A DNA stretch of 64,000 bases from Ignavibacteriota bacterium (lineage in GTDB: Bacteria; Bacteroidota; Ignavibacteria; UBA10030): positions 2,995 to 66,994 of the forward strand of contig PLMS01000093.1 in the NCBI GenBank assembly GCA_003142575.1, in the 5' to 3' direction. The translations under genes and the position numbers were made by a program. Positions 19,621-29,130 of the stretch are shown here, one piece after another. The notes under the pieces are model-generated. The model was not told the DNA's origin and made no database searches. It worked only from the letters and a program-made list of their open reading frames with translations. Position 1 is the stretch's first letter. Every line of letters starts with the position of its first letter.

Positions 19621-21714
19621 ATGTCATACCTGTATCGTTTTTCATTCCTTCTTATCTGCATATTATTCTTGACTCTCTCTTTGGAAACACATATGAAAGC
19701 ACAGGTGGTACATCTTCTATGGATGAAAGACTCTCAAACAAAGCTTGAAAATGAACTTATTGCAAAATTTGGCGAATCGCAGAGCGCACGTGTGCAAAAA
19801 GGATTAAAACAAGTCGCCGACTTCTGGCGCACGGAAGACGGTGATGCGGCTGCATTTGAGGATTTCGTCCACACAAACTTCGCCGGTGATCAAGCAACAC
19901 TCGATGTTATGTTCAATCGCTTCGAGAATCTGCTCGAACAACTCAGCGGCCATATGAACGAGATCGGCCTTGCGTTCCGTCAGCAATCAGAGCTTGAGCT
20001 TGGGCCGATCTACCCATTCGATGAAATCTTCGCTGCATATTCTCCGGACGCGCACATCACGGATGATTTTTTTAAGAACAAACTCGCATTCATAGTACTG
20101 CTGAATTTCCCGCTCACGACACTCAACGAACGGTTGACGAACGGTGAACAATGGTCGCGCCGCCAATGGGCAGAAGTGCGGCTGGGACAGCGTTTTTCTA
20201 AACGTATTCCGGCAGAAGTCAATCAGGCTGTTGCGGAAGCCGCTTCTATCACGGATCAATATATTTCTGAATACAACATTTATATGCATCATCTCATCGA
20301 TGCAAAAGGCAACCGTCTTTTCCCTCCAAAGATGCGGCTGCTCTCACATTGGAATCTGCGCGATGAATTGAAAGCCGATTACAATGATACAGAGCATGGA
20401 ATTGCCAAACAGAAAATGATCCAGCAGGTGATGGAACGGATTGTTACACAAACTATTCCCGAAGTTGTTATAAATAATCCGAATGTGGATTGGAATCCTG
20501 TGACGAACGATGTGAAGCTCACGACGGCTCAAGATTTAGACTCACCGCTTAAGACAGAGATCAGGGTGACCAATGGCCCAGAACCTGATACACGGTATGC
20601 AACTTTATTAAAAGCATTCCTTGCTTCAAAGAAAGTGGACCCATACTCTCCCACTGCACCAACATTGATCGCGCGCAAATTCGACGAGGAGCGTGAAATT
20701 CCGGAAGCGAGTGTAAAGGCAATGCTCGAATCTGTGTTGAGTTCGCCGCTCGTGCCGAAAGTAGCAAAGATGATTGAAGAAAGACTAGGCAGATCCCTTG
20801 AACCGTACGACATTTGGTACAATGGTTTCCGTGCAAAGGGAAGATATACCGAAGCACAGCTTGATGAAATAGTAAAGAAGCGATATCCGACACCCGATGC
20901 GTATAAAGCAGACATCCCGAATATGCTTATGAAGCTCGGTTTCAGTAAGGAACGTGCGGAATATCTTGCCGATAATATTTTGGTCGATCCGGCACGCGGC
21001 TCCGGGCATGCTGCTGGTGCGGCTATGCGTTCTGCGAAAGCACATTTACGCACACGTGTCGGCAAGGATGGTATGGATTACAAGGGATTCAACATTGCCG
21101 TCCACGAGATGGGACACAATGTAGAACAGACGCTGTCATTGAACGATATGGATCATTACTTTCTTAATGGTGTCCCCAATGTCGCATTTACCGAAGCCAT
21201 CGCGTTTGTTTTTCAAGCACATGACCTTGATTTACTTGGTCTGTCCACTCCCGATCCGCAAAGTGATGCGCTCAAGACATTGAATGATTTTTGGATGACC
21301 TACGAAATCGCAGGAGTTTCACTTGTGGATATGGGAATCTGGCATTGGATGTATGATCATCCCGACGCAACACCTGCAGAACTAAAAGCCGCTATGCTTC
21401 AGATTGCGAAGGATATATGGAATACTTATTATGCGCCTGTCTTCAAGAAAAAAGATATCGTACTCCTTGCAATCTATTCACACATCATCCATTCATTTCT
21501 CTACATCCCGGACTATGCGATTGGTTATCTAATCTCCCATCAGATTGAAGAGCAGGTGAAGAAGAGTGGCAGCGTGGGCATAGAAGTAGAACGTATGGTC
21601 AAAGCCGGGAGTATCGCTCCGGATTTGTGGATGAAGAACGCGACCGGTTCACCTGTTGGTGCCAAAGCAATGCTTATTGCAACAGAACAAGCATTGAAAG
21701 AGTACAAAAAATAA
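19621..21714 (+). CDS. Secreted gluzincin metallopeptidase, possibly M2 (ACE-like) family.
   Basis: Signal peptide. HEMGH zinc motif, with a downstream FTEAIAFV........LSTP resembling the ACE EAIGD...STP third-ligand region. Confidence 0.5.
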   Translation: MSYLYRFSFLLICILFLTLSLETHMKAQVVHLLWMKDSQTKLENELIAKFGESQSARVQKGLKQVADFWRTEDGDAAAFEDFVHTNFAGDQATLDVMFNRFENLLEQLSGHMNEIGLAFRQQSELELGPIYPFDEIFAAYSPDAHITDDFFKNKLAFIVLLNFPLTTLNERLTNGEQWSRRQWAEVRLGQRFSKRIPAEVNQAVAEAASITDQYISEYNIYMHHLIDAKGNRLFPPKMRLLSHWNLRDELKADYNDTEHGIAKQKMIQQVMERIVTQTIPEVVINNPNVDWNPVTNDVKLTTAQDLDSPLKTEIRVTNGPEPDTRYATLLKAFLASKKVDPYSPTAPTLIARKFDEEREIPEASVKAMLESVLSSPLVPKVAKMIEERLGRSLEPYDIWYNGFRAKGRYTEAQLDEIVKKRYPTPDAYKADIPNMLMKLGFSKERAEYLADNILVDPARGSGHAAGAAMRSAKAHLRTRVGKDGMDYKGFNIAVHEMGHNVEQTLSLNDMDHYFLNGVPNVAFTEAIAFVFQAHDLDLLGLSTPDPQSDALKTLNDFWMTYEIAGVSLVDMGIWHWMYDHPDATPAELKAAMLQIAKDIWNTYYAPVFKKKDIVLLAIYSHIIHSFLYIPDYAIGYLISHQIEEQVKKSGSVGIEVERMVKAGSIAPDLWMKNATGSPVGAKAMLIATEQALKEYKK

Positions 21715-21773
21715 TAACTAATGAATTTTTCGAAAGTCAAAATAGATCCGGTGAAACCTTCGGAAGGTATCTC

Positions 21774-24455
21774 CTATCCACCGATCCAGTAAGTCAGCTT
21801 TATCATAAAAATATTATCAGGTTTTGAACTGACGAGACGGCCGAACGAGCCGTTGAATGCAAATGTCCCGTCTACTACATTATCAGAACGGCTCTGCGTC
21901 CATACTAAGAAGAGTGTAGAACCGGGCATATATTCCCATCGTAACACTGCATTGCCGCGAAGAGACACAAAATTGAAATTCGGGTTTGAAATATTCATTG
22001 TCGGAGCAGGCCCGCTGCCATCCGGATCAAAATCATAACTGCTGATCGAACCATCAGAATTGACATTTTTCATTATTGTAGAACCGTTCTTTCCGAATAC
22101 CAGGAAATCAAATGATCGCGGACGCGCAAGTTCTTTGAAATTAGTAAAATTCCCTGACGAAAGGAGTGGCTGAACAAAGAGTTGGAAGCTCAGTGTCGGT
22201 GTGAGTGTCCAATCAACACGTATTTGAGCGGAGAGTTCCTTGTATACCAAATCTGCAAAAATATATCGCCTGCCGTACGTTGTTGTAGCAAGCGGATCGT
22301 CAAAATTATCAATCCAGTGCCCGCGATCTGAGTTGAATGCAAAAGCAGGACCGAACGAGACTGAAACACTTGAAATAGGACGCATAGTGATGGACAAGTT
22401 TGCATTGTGATAAAATCCATCGCGTCCTTCATACGCGTACCAGTAAGCTCCAAAAACATACTTGTCGCGGCTATCAGAAGAATAATTAAAATTCCACTCG
22501 TAGCAGTCCGGATTGAGCATTTTCGGACCGCCGCGCGTACGGTAATCGTTGAAGGATGCAAATCCATAATCGTAATACAATCCGAAGTAATCGTAGCTCG
22601 GTAATTGGTAATCGATGCCTCCCCAAACGCCTCGCCACATCGCATCCCCGCCGAAATCGAATGTGCTGAAAACCGAAGCATAGATGTTCACATAACGATA
22701 ATATGGCGTCGGGTCGCTCCATTTATATCCTGTACCCACATGATAATTGATCACATCGGTGCGCGATAGAAATCCGAGATCTCCTGATTCAAATCCTGGA
22801 CTGATGAATCCGAACGCAGCGTTAAGTATCATATTGCCTTTTTGTTTGTTAAAGGCAAATCGACCGGCATAACCGCTCAACGATGTTGCAGAACTATCGA
22901 AAGAAATATAGTGCGCATCGGGCCGCTGAAAATAACGGGAAGAACTTTGTTGTAAATTTATCATCCGTTCGCGAGTGCCTTGAACGTTCGAGACTGCTGT
23001 CCAGCCGGAAATCATATATATTTTTTCTGCATCGAATGCCGTCCAGCCATCAAGAGCAGCAACATAGGCATTTTCATTGACATCTGTTTTAATACCAGTG
23101 TCATCGAAAAATCTGTTCACAGATGTAAAAAGAATTCCCACACCCTGACGACCGTCGTTAAAATCCCGTTGAACGCGTGCAACCGTATAGGATGTCATCG
23201 GTTCGACTTCTAACGACCAATGTGATCCAGCGGTATCCAATTGTGCATACTCGCGTTTCGTGAGAGCTTCAATCACTCCGACATTCCATCCATCAATAAC
23301 TTTACCAGTGACTTTTGCCGCACCAAGGATATGCGTGCCAAGCGGAACATCGGCATAATCATAAGTCGGCAGTCCGCGCTGTGGCGTGCGACCGATGCGG
23401 CGGCTGTAAAACAAACTTGGCGACGACCAATTAAAATTCCAATAGTTGTTCACACCTCCCTGCCCAAATGAAAAGATATTCATTCCTTCAAGAAAGAAAG
23501 GGCGTTTCTCAGTGAAGTATGTTTCCACGTCGCTTAAATTTACAACCGCGGGATCAACTTCCACCTGACCGAAATCCGGATTGATCGTCCCTTCGAGTAC
23601 TACGTTGGTGCCTAAACCCCATTTTAAATCCGCTCCGATATCCGGAGCATATTTCGATCCTGTGTTAAACGGATCGCCGGCATCGTGTGGTGCGTACTCA
23701 GCTCGTCCGGTTATGTATGGAGTAACTTCCAACCGGGTTGGAGGTGTAATATGTTCGATGCCAATAAGATCGGGATAACGGGAGACCGATCCGCTTTCGT
23801 TGCGCGGAGTATACACAAGGTAGACTTGTTCTTTTTTCCTCCCTATAATGCGCTCAAAATTGATTCCCCAAACATATTGATCATGTTGTTCAAACCTCAA
23901 TTGGGAAAACGGAATCTTCATCTCAACGCACCATCCATCAGAAGTGATAAGTGGTTTTGCCTCCCATACTCCATCCCAACTTCCATCGCTCCAATCATCA
24001 TTATAGAGAATGCCATCCTGCAACGTGCCAGCTGCTGATACGATGAAGTAAAAACCATTGCGCTTGTCGTGATATGAATCAATACCCACAGCGAATTCAT
24101 CAGAACCAACTTCGTTATCGCGCCGTGCGAGTCGGGCAATAATGGAATCAGGGTGTGTATCATGCATGCGTGCAGCGATGTACAATGCCTCATCGTCATA
24201 CGCAACCCATACTTCCGTCAATTCAGTCACAGGTTCTCCCTGGTTTGGTTCTTGCTGAAAAAAAGCTGTCGTGCCTGGACGCTGCCAAACTGATTCGGAG
24301 AGTACGCCATCAATCTTAATAGGTTCCTTTGTACGAACAGCAGAAATTTGTTTTACAAATTCAGGAGTTTGTGCATTGAGCGATAAGAAACCCACGAAGA
24401 CGATGAATAGAAAGCAACCGACAGGGCGCATAGGAAATCCGTTATTAGAAATCAT
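21774..24455 (-). CDS. DUF5916 / CBM9-like domain outer-membrane-associated protein.
   Basis: Signal peptide. N-terminal IKIDGVLSESVWQ CBM9-like start. A large beta-rich body typical of the DUF5916 family. Confidence 0.55.
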   Translation of the reverse strand: MISNNGFPMRPVGCFLFIVFVGFLSLNAQTPEFVKQISAVRTKEPIKIDGVLSESVWQRPGTTAFFQQEPNQGEPVTELTEVWVAYDDEALYIAARMHDTHPDSIIARLARRDNEVGSDEFAVGIDSYHDKRNGFYFIVSAAGTLQDGILYNDDWSDGSWDGVWEAKPLITSDGWCVEMKIPFSQLRFEQHDQYVWGINFERIIGRKKEQVYLVYTPRNESGSVSRYPDLIGIEHITPPTRLEVTPYITGRAEYAPHDAGDPFNTGSKYAPDIGADLKWGLGTNVVLEGTINPDFGQVEVDPAVVNLSDVETYFTEKRPFFLEGMNIFSFGQGGVNNYWNFNWSSPSLFYSRRIGRTPQRGLPTYDYADVPLGTHILGAAKVTGKVIDGWNVGVIEALTKREYAQLDTAGSHWSLEVEPMTSYTVARVQRDFNDGRQGVGILFTSVNRFFDDTGIKTDVNENAYVAALDGWTAFDAEKIYMISGWTAVSNVQGTRERMINLQQSSSRYFQRPDAHYISFDSSATSLSGYAGRFAFNKQKGNMILNAAFGFISPGFESGDLGFLSRTDVINYHVGTGYKWSDPTPYYRYVNIYASVFSTFDFGGDAMWRGVWGGIDYQLPSYDYFGLYYDYGFASFNDYRTRGGPKMLNPDCYEWNFNYSSDSRDKYVFGAYWYAYEGRDGFYHNANLSITMRPISSVSVSFGPAFAFNSDRGHWIDNFDDPLATTTYGRRYIFADLVYKELSAQIRVDWTLTPTLSFQLFVQPLLSSGNFTNFKELARPRSFDFLVFGKNGSTIMKNVNSDGSISSYDFDPDGSGPAPTMNISNPNFNFVSLRGNAVLRWEYMPGSTLFLVWTQSRSDNVVDGTFAFNGSFGRLVSSKPDNIFMIKLTYWIGG

Positions 24456-24686
24456 CTTTATACATAACCAGAATTAGACTTTTCATAATACTAAAAGGTT
24501 GGGGAAACAAAAATAATTTCGATCTTCTGATGCTTTTTTCAATGAATACGGAAGGTGTGTCTTCGATGTTGCAGTATTGAGCGACTAAAATAATATTTTT
24601 GATGTTTACGCTCCAATGCTGCTTGGAACAATGAAAAATGGTTGAAACTCCAAGAGGATGTTCGTATATTAGGTACAGTTGTACAA

Positions 24687-24770
24687 GCCCGGATGGCGAA
24701 ATTGGCAGACGCGCTAGCTTCAGGAGCTAGTGACCGCAAGGTCTTGGGGGTTCAAGTCCCCCTTCGGGCA
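24687..24770 (+). tRNA. tRNA-Leu (anticodon CAG), type II with a long variable arm. No encoded CCA.
   Basis: Acceptor GCCCGGA/TTCGGGC. Anticodon loop TTCAGGA. T-arm GGGGGTTCAAGTCCCCC. Variable stem GACC/GGTC. Confidence 0.85.
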
Positions 24771-24773
24771 CAG

Positions 24774-24803
24774 AAAGACCTCGCATGCCGAGGTCTTTTT
24801 TTT
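24774..24803 (+). terminator. Rho-independent terminator after the tRNA-Leu gene.
   Basis: agacctcggcatgcgaggtct followed by a run of about 10 T. Confidence 0.6.
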
Positions 24804-24854
24804 TACCTTAAATCCAATTGAAGATTCTAACCATCACAACTCATTGCACAGCAT

Positions 24855-25817
24855 ATGGACGTCTATTTCTACGAAGCGTTTGAAGAAGAGGCATTGTCCC
24901 TTAAATCTCTTCTTGGTAATCGACTCTCATATGAGATGACGGATAAGACGATTCAAGAAACGGATCATCTCAATCCACCGGCTCGGCTGATCAGTATCCG
25001 CACACAATCGATTATTCCGGTGGAATGGGCAGACAAGCTCGATGGTGTACTGAGCCGAAGCACAGGATACGATCATCTGAAGAAATATCTGGGGACGATC
25101 CGCAAACCTCTTCCATGCGGTTATCTGGAAGAATATGCAACACGAGCCGTCGCAGAACATGCAATCTTACTCATAATGGCGCTCATGCGCAGGCTGCCGC
25201 AGCAGATGATACAATTCAAACATTTCAATCGGGATGGCCTCACAGGCGGTGAATGTACAGGGAAAAATCTTTTAGTTGTAGGCGTGGGCCGGATCGGCAA
25301 TGAGATTGTAAAGATCGGTTCAGCACTTGGTATGAATGTCCGCGGTGTGGACATCGTCCAGTGTCACAAGGATGTAGAGTACATCGGGAAAGAAGAAGGA
25401 ATCGCCTGGGCTGATGTCATCATCTGCTCTATGAATTTAACAAACGAAAACCGTGGTTATTTTTCTTACAACCTCTTAAAACATGCCGAGCCCGGTGTTC
25501 TCTTCGTCAATATCGCACGCGGGGAACATACTCCTATTGCCGATATGCTGCGATTAGTGCAGGAACGACATCTGGGCGGACTCGGACTTGATGTCTTTGA
25601 AGACGAGCCAAACGTTGCTGTCGCTCTTCGAAGCAAGCATACGAATACATTTCCAGCGGCGAAAGTAATAAAAGAATTGCTTCAGCATCCGAATGTTCTC
25701 TTCACTCCGCACAACGCATTCAACACCATGGAAGCCGTCCAACGAAAATCTCGATTCAGTGCGGATGAAGTATTGTACTTTCTAGAGAACAAAGATTTCC
25801 GGTGTCGTGCGCGTTAG
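24855..25817 (+). CDS. D-isomer-specific 2-hydroxyacid dehydrogenase family protein.
   Basis: GKNLLVVGVGRIGNEIVKIG NAD-binding Rossmann motif plus a catalytic-domain pattern. Confidence 0.8.
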   Translation: MDVYFYEAFEEEALSLKSLLGNRLSYEMTDKTIQETDHLNPPARLISIRTQSIIPVEWADKLDGVLSRSTGYDHLKKYLGTIRKPLPCGYLEEYATRAVAEHAILLIMALMRRLPQQMIQFKHFNRDGLTGGECTGKNLLVVGVGRIGNEIVKIGSALGMNVRGVDIVQCHKDVEYIGKEEGIAWADVIICSMNLTNENRGYFSYNLLKHAEPGVLFVNIARGEHTPIADMLRLVQERHLGGLGLDVFEDEPNVAVALRSKHTNTFPAAKVIKELLQHPNVLFTPHNAFNTMEAVQRKSRFSADEVLYFLENKDFRCRAR

Positions 25818-25834
25818 ATACGGTGTTGTGGCTC

Positions 25835-27838
25835 TTATGCTGATTTGTTCCTGCGCATCGCAGCCTGTTCGATTGTTTGAAGAAGCGATTCAATGGTAAC
25901 GGGTTGTTCCAGCACGGCATACGGCTTCTTCGTTTCACTTCCCGGTCTTTCAGCCTTTGAATATTTTTCTGCCAGCACAATTATTCGGCATTCAGGTCCA
26001 AGCGATAGAAGATCCTTCATCATGTCTGGAATTTCATCACGCTGGAATCCCTCCACCACCACAACCTGAACTTTCCCGCTGTATTGAAGAAGGGTTTCTC
26101 TGGATTGTAATTCCCCTGCCGCAAGAATCGGTTCATACCCATGATCCTTTAAACCTTCGAAGAGAGCGTGTGTATACTTTTCCTCGGAGCTTGCAATATA
26201 AAGCACACTCCGATGATATGCTTGTTGGGGATCCGCTTCCCCCTTGCCCTTGTTCACTGCGGAAGATACCGGCAGAAATATTTTAAATGTCGTGCCTTTT
26301 CCTTCCACGCTCTCCACCGTCATAAATCCTTTATGTCCCTTCACAATACCGAAACAAATCGAAAGACCAAGCCCTGTACCTTTCCCTATTTCCTTCGTCG
26401 TATAGAACGGCTCAAAGATCTTATGGATTTCGACAGCCGGTATTCCAACGCCTGTATCGCTGATACTAAATACGACGTACTCTCCTTCGACCGCATCAAC
26501 ATATTCTTCCGCCATCTCCTTCGATACCGAAACATTCTCTACAGAAAATATCAATTCACCGCCTTGCGGCATAGAATCGCGCGCGTTGGTGCAAAGGTTG
26601 ATCAACACTTGGTGGAGTTGGGTTCTATCCCCGATCACCGGTGAAACAGTATCGGATATACGAGTACGGACTATAACGCTGTTGGGAACGATATCACCTA
26701 ATAAATCTGTAATGTCCTTCACGATCTTCAAGGGATTGAGTTTCGCATGCTTGCCCTCCACTCCTTTCACAAAGGAAAGAACCTGATAGACCAATTCAGA
26801 GCCATGCTTCGCACTTGACTCGATCGCTTTTAAAAGCCGCTGACTTTGGGTATCTAAAAACTTCCGTTTGAGTACTTCCACACCGACCAGGACCGGCGCC
26901 AGCGTATTGCTCAAGTCATGTGCAATACCGCTAGCAAAAATGCCGATACTTTCCACTCGCTGTGCTCGAAGAAACCGTGTTTCTAATCGTTTCCGTTCTG
27001 TCACATCCGTGCAAACCTGAAGAATGCCGGCAGGTTCGCCGACCGGATTGCGAACGAGAGTCCATCGACAATCTGTGATGATGACCGTTCCATCTCTTTT
27101 TTTTTGATGAAGTTCGCCCGACCATGCCGAATGCTGTACCGTCAACGCGTATGCGCGGTCAAATCCTTCTGTTCCATCCGACCCATAGAGGTACTTCACG
27201 ACATCTCTTCCTACTACTTCTAACGGCTCGTAGCCATACATTCGCTCAGCACCTTTGTTCCAGTATCGTACCGTTTTGTTGAGGTCAAGAACGAGGATGG
27301 CATCCTGCGCCTGATCCAGCAGCAACGCTTGTTCACGAATTTTATCTTCCGCGAGCCGACGTGAGGTGATATCGATAATGACTGCTTCGATAAAACTATC
27401 AAGTGAATGGATAGACGCAGAGAAGGAAATCCAGAATTCCGATCCATCCTTACGGCGCAAAAGCGTTTTATAATCCTCCACAGTCCCGCCTATCGATAAT
27501 CGCTCGACAAGAAATTCCCGGTCTTGAGAAGATATCGAAAAGAGCACTTCCTTCACTTCGTCCAATGTTTGGACAGCAAACATACGAAGGAGCGCGTAAT
27601 TTGCATCGACCACATTCCATTGATCGGTCGTTATACGAACCATACCGGCAGGTGACTTCTCAAAAAGATTACGGTACTTGCGTTCGCTGATCGTCAACTC
27701 TTCCAGTTGACGCTTTTTGGTAACAAGCTCCTTTTGTTTACTTGTCATGACTGCGGCAACCAATCCAACTGTCATTGCCAACAGTGCAATGGTTCCAAGC
27801 GCAACCGTCCACCAAATATCAAATGTTACTCCTTGCAT
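25835..27838 (-). CDS. Multi-PAS sensor histidine kinase with a C-terminal receiver-like domain.
   Basis: One N-terminal TM segment and PAS repeats. H-box HDLSNTLAPV. HATPase GTGLGLSICFGIVKGHKG. The C-terminal block is CheY-like but carries VVVVEGF in place of the usual hhhhD. Confidence 0.8.
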   Translation of the reverse strand: MQGVTFDIWWTVALGTIALLAMTVGLVAAVMTSKQKELVTKKRQLEELTISERKYRNLFEKSPAGMVRITTDQWNVVDANYALLRMFAVQTLDEVKEVLFSISSQDREFLVERLSIGGTVEDYKTLLRRKDGSEFWISFSASIHSLDSFIEAVIIDITSRRLAEDKIREQALLLDQAQDAILVLDLNKTVRYWNKGAERMYGYEPLEVVGRDVVKYLYGSDGTEGFDRAYALTVQHSAWSGELHQKKRDGTVIITDCRWTLVRNPVGEPAGILQVCTDVTERKRLETRFLRAQRVESIGIFASGIAHDLSNTLAPVLVGVEVLKRKFLDTQSQRLLKAIESSAKHGSELVYQVLSFVKGVEGKHAKLNPLKIVKDITDLLGDIVPNSVIVRTRISDTVSPVIGDRTQLHQVLINLCTNARDSMPQGGELIFSVENVSVSKEMAEEYVDAVEGEYVVFSISDTGVGIPAVEIHKIFEPFYTTKEIGKGTGLGLSICFGIVKGHKGFMTVESVEGKGTTFKIFLPVSSAVNKGKGEADPQQAYHRSVLYIASSEEKYTHALFEGLKDHGYEPILAAGELQSRETLLQYSGKVQVVVVEGFQRDEIPDMMKDLLSLGPECRIIVLAEKYSKAERPGSETKKPYAVLEQPVTIESLLQTIEQAAMRRNKSA

Positions 27839-28455
27839 AGAAATGCCCTTGCAAAAAGCAAATTCGTAATGATCATAAGAATCCAATTCACCGACCATAT
27901 TATTTTCAAACGGTCGGGAGATATCTGGAGCATCCTATTGAAGAACGCAAAGAGAAAGAGCGTTCCCGACGCGTAGACAACTATTCCTGTTACAACCCAA
28001 AGGCGCATGTCGTTCATCCAAACAATCTCATTTTCTCTTACGACTTCAACCAACAAAAAAGCTGAAAATGTTATTTGAAGAACCTTAGAAAACATTGCCG
28101 TCCATCCATCATCAATAGAGAAAGGTTCGAATGTAAATTTGCTCACAATCCAAAAAACAAAAAACACGAGGAAGGATACCAACAGAACCGATCGGGTCCG
28201 TTTCTGCTTAATCCACGATGAATACAATAGCACGATGAACATGAGTTCAATCAAAGTATAAAGGTGCGACAGCCAAAGATTATGGACATGAAACAAGGAA
28301 AGCACAAACCCCATCACTACTACGCCAAGAGTGACAACGAGAAACCATTCAAGAATTCGAAGAGGTCGCGGGAGGCTTCGATATCTGAAGCCTCCCAGAA
28401 GCACGACACTACTTTGCACCAGAATGACAACACACATAAAAAGTAAAAATTGCAC
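27826..28455 (-). CDS. Polytopic membrane protein, 5-6 TM. Co-operonic with the downstream kinase.
   Basis: Hydrophobic helices throughout. Its end overlaps the kinase start. Confidence 0.5.
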   Translation of the reverse strand: MQFLLFMCVVILVQSSVVLLGGFRYRSLPRPLRILEWFLVVTLGVVVMGFVLSLFHVHNLWLSHLYTLIELMFIVLLYSSWIKQKRTRSVLLVSFLVFFVFWIVSKFTFEPFSIDDGWTAMFSKVLQITFSAFLLVEVVRENEIVWMNDMRLWVVTGIVVYASGTLFLFAFFNRMLQISPDRLKIIWSVNWILMIITNLLFARAFLCKE

Positions 28456-28463
28456 AGCTACTC

Positions 28464-28892
28464 CTACTTTGCAAGCTCACTCTCAAAACAGAATGGAGGA
28501 CATGGAGATATTTTCTCCATAATGACTCCTGTTTGTATATCCTGTCCCTTGCCATCCACACCGACAAGAACTAAAGTCGGAGTGCCTTCATCTGTCTGCG
28601 CATAATAATAACGTATACCTACAACACCAGACTGTGCAAGAATTTTATCAAATGCACTTCGAGCAAAGAAACCGCCCTTTATGGAAGGAACTTTGAGATT
28701 CGATTTGTAATTATTAATAAATCTAACGGCTGTCACCAAATCAACTTGATGATCTGCGTTGATCTGAGCACTGCTCAAAACCTGTTGATCCTGAGAAGCC
28801 GGTGCGCTCTTCGCGGGGCCATGAAATGCCCAAAGCAATCCAAAGCATAATGCAACAAGAATGCCTAGGATAAGTGTTCGTGTGGTTTTCAT
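28464..28892 (-). CDS. Hypothetical secreted protein.
   Basis: Signal peptide MKTTRTLILGILVALCFGLLWAFHG. First gene of a 3-gene minus-strand unit. Confidence 0.45.
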   Translation of the reverse strand: MKTTRTLILGILVALCFGLLWAFHGPAKSAPASQDQQVLSSAQINADHQVDLVTAVRFINNYKSNLKVPSIKGGFFARSAFDKILAQSGVVGIRYYYAQTDEGTPTLVLVGVDGKGQDIQTGVIMEKISPCPPFCFESELAK

Positions 28893-29130
28893 AAAATTCC
28901 TCCTATGAAAGTAAGAAGTGATTGGTGCTCATTCTCGTGTACTGGCGTTACCGAAGGACACGAAACGATGCGATTTTTGATTAGTTTGGCGTCGCACAAA
29001 TAGAAGATACTGCATTTCTTGAAAAAAACAAACACTTCATAGAAGAACTCTTGAAGCAACCGGAGAAAAGGTTTTCTGCTCGAACACTTTTCCCTATATT
29101 ACGTTGCATTTACAGTTATAGGTAATCAGT

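Noticed and set aside
20529-21065. 178-aa minus-strand ORF inside the peptidase gene.
   Set aside because: It is antisense to a gene that has a clear HEMGH motif and signal peptide.
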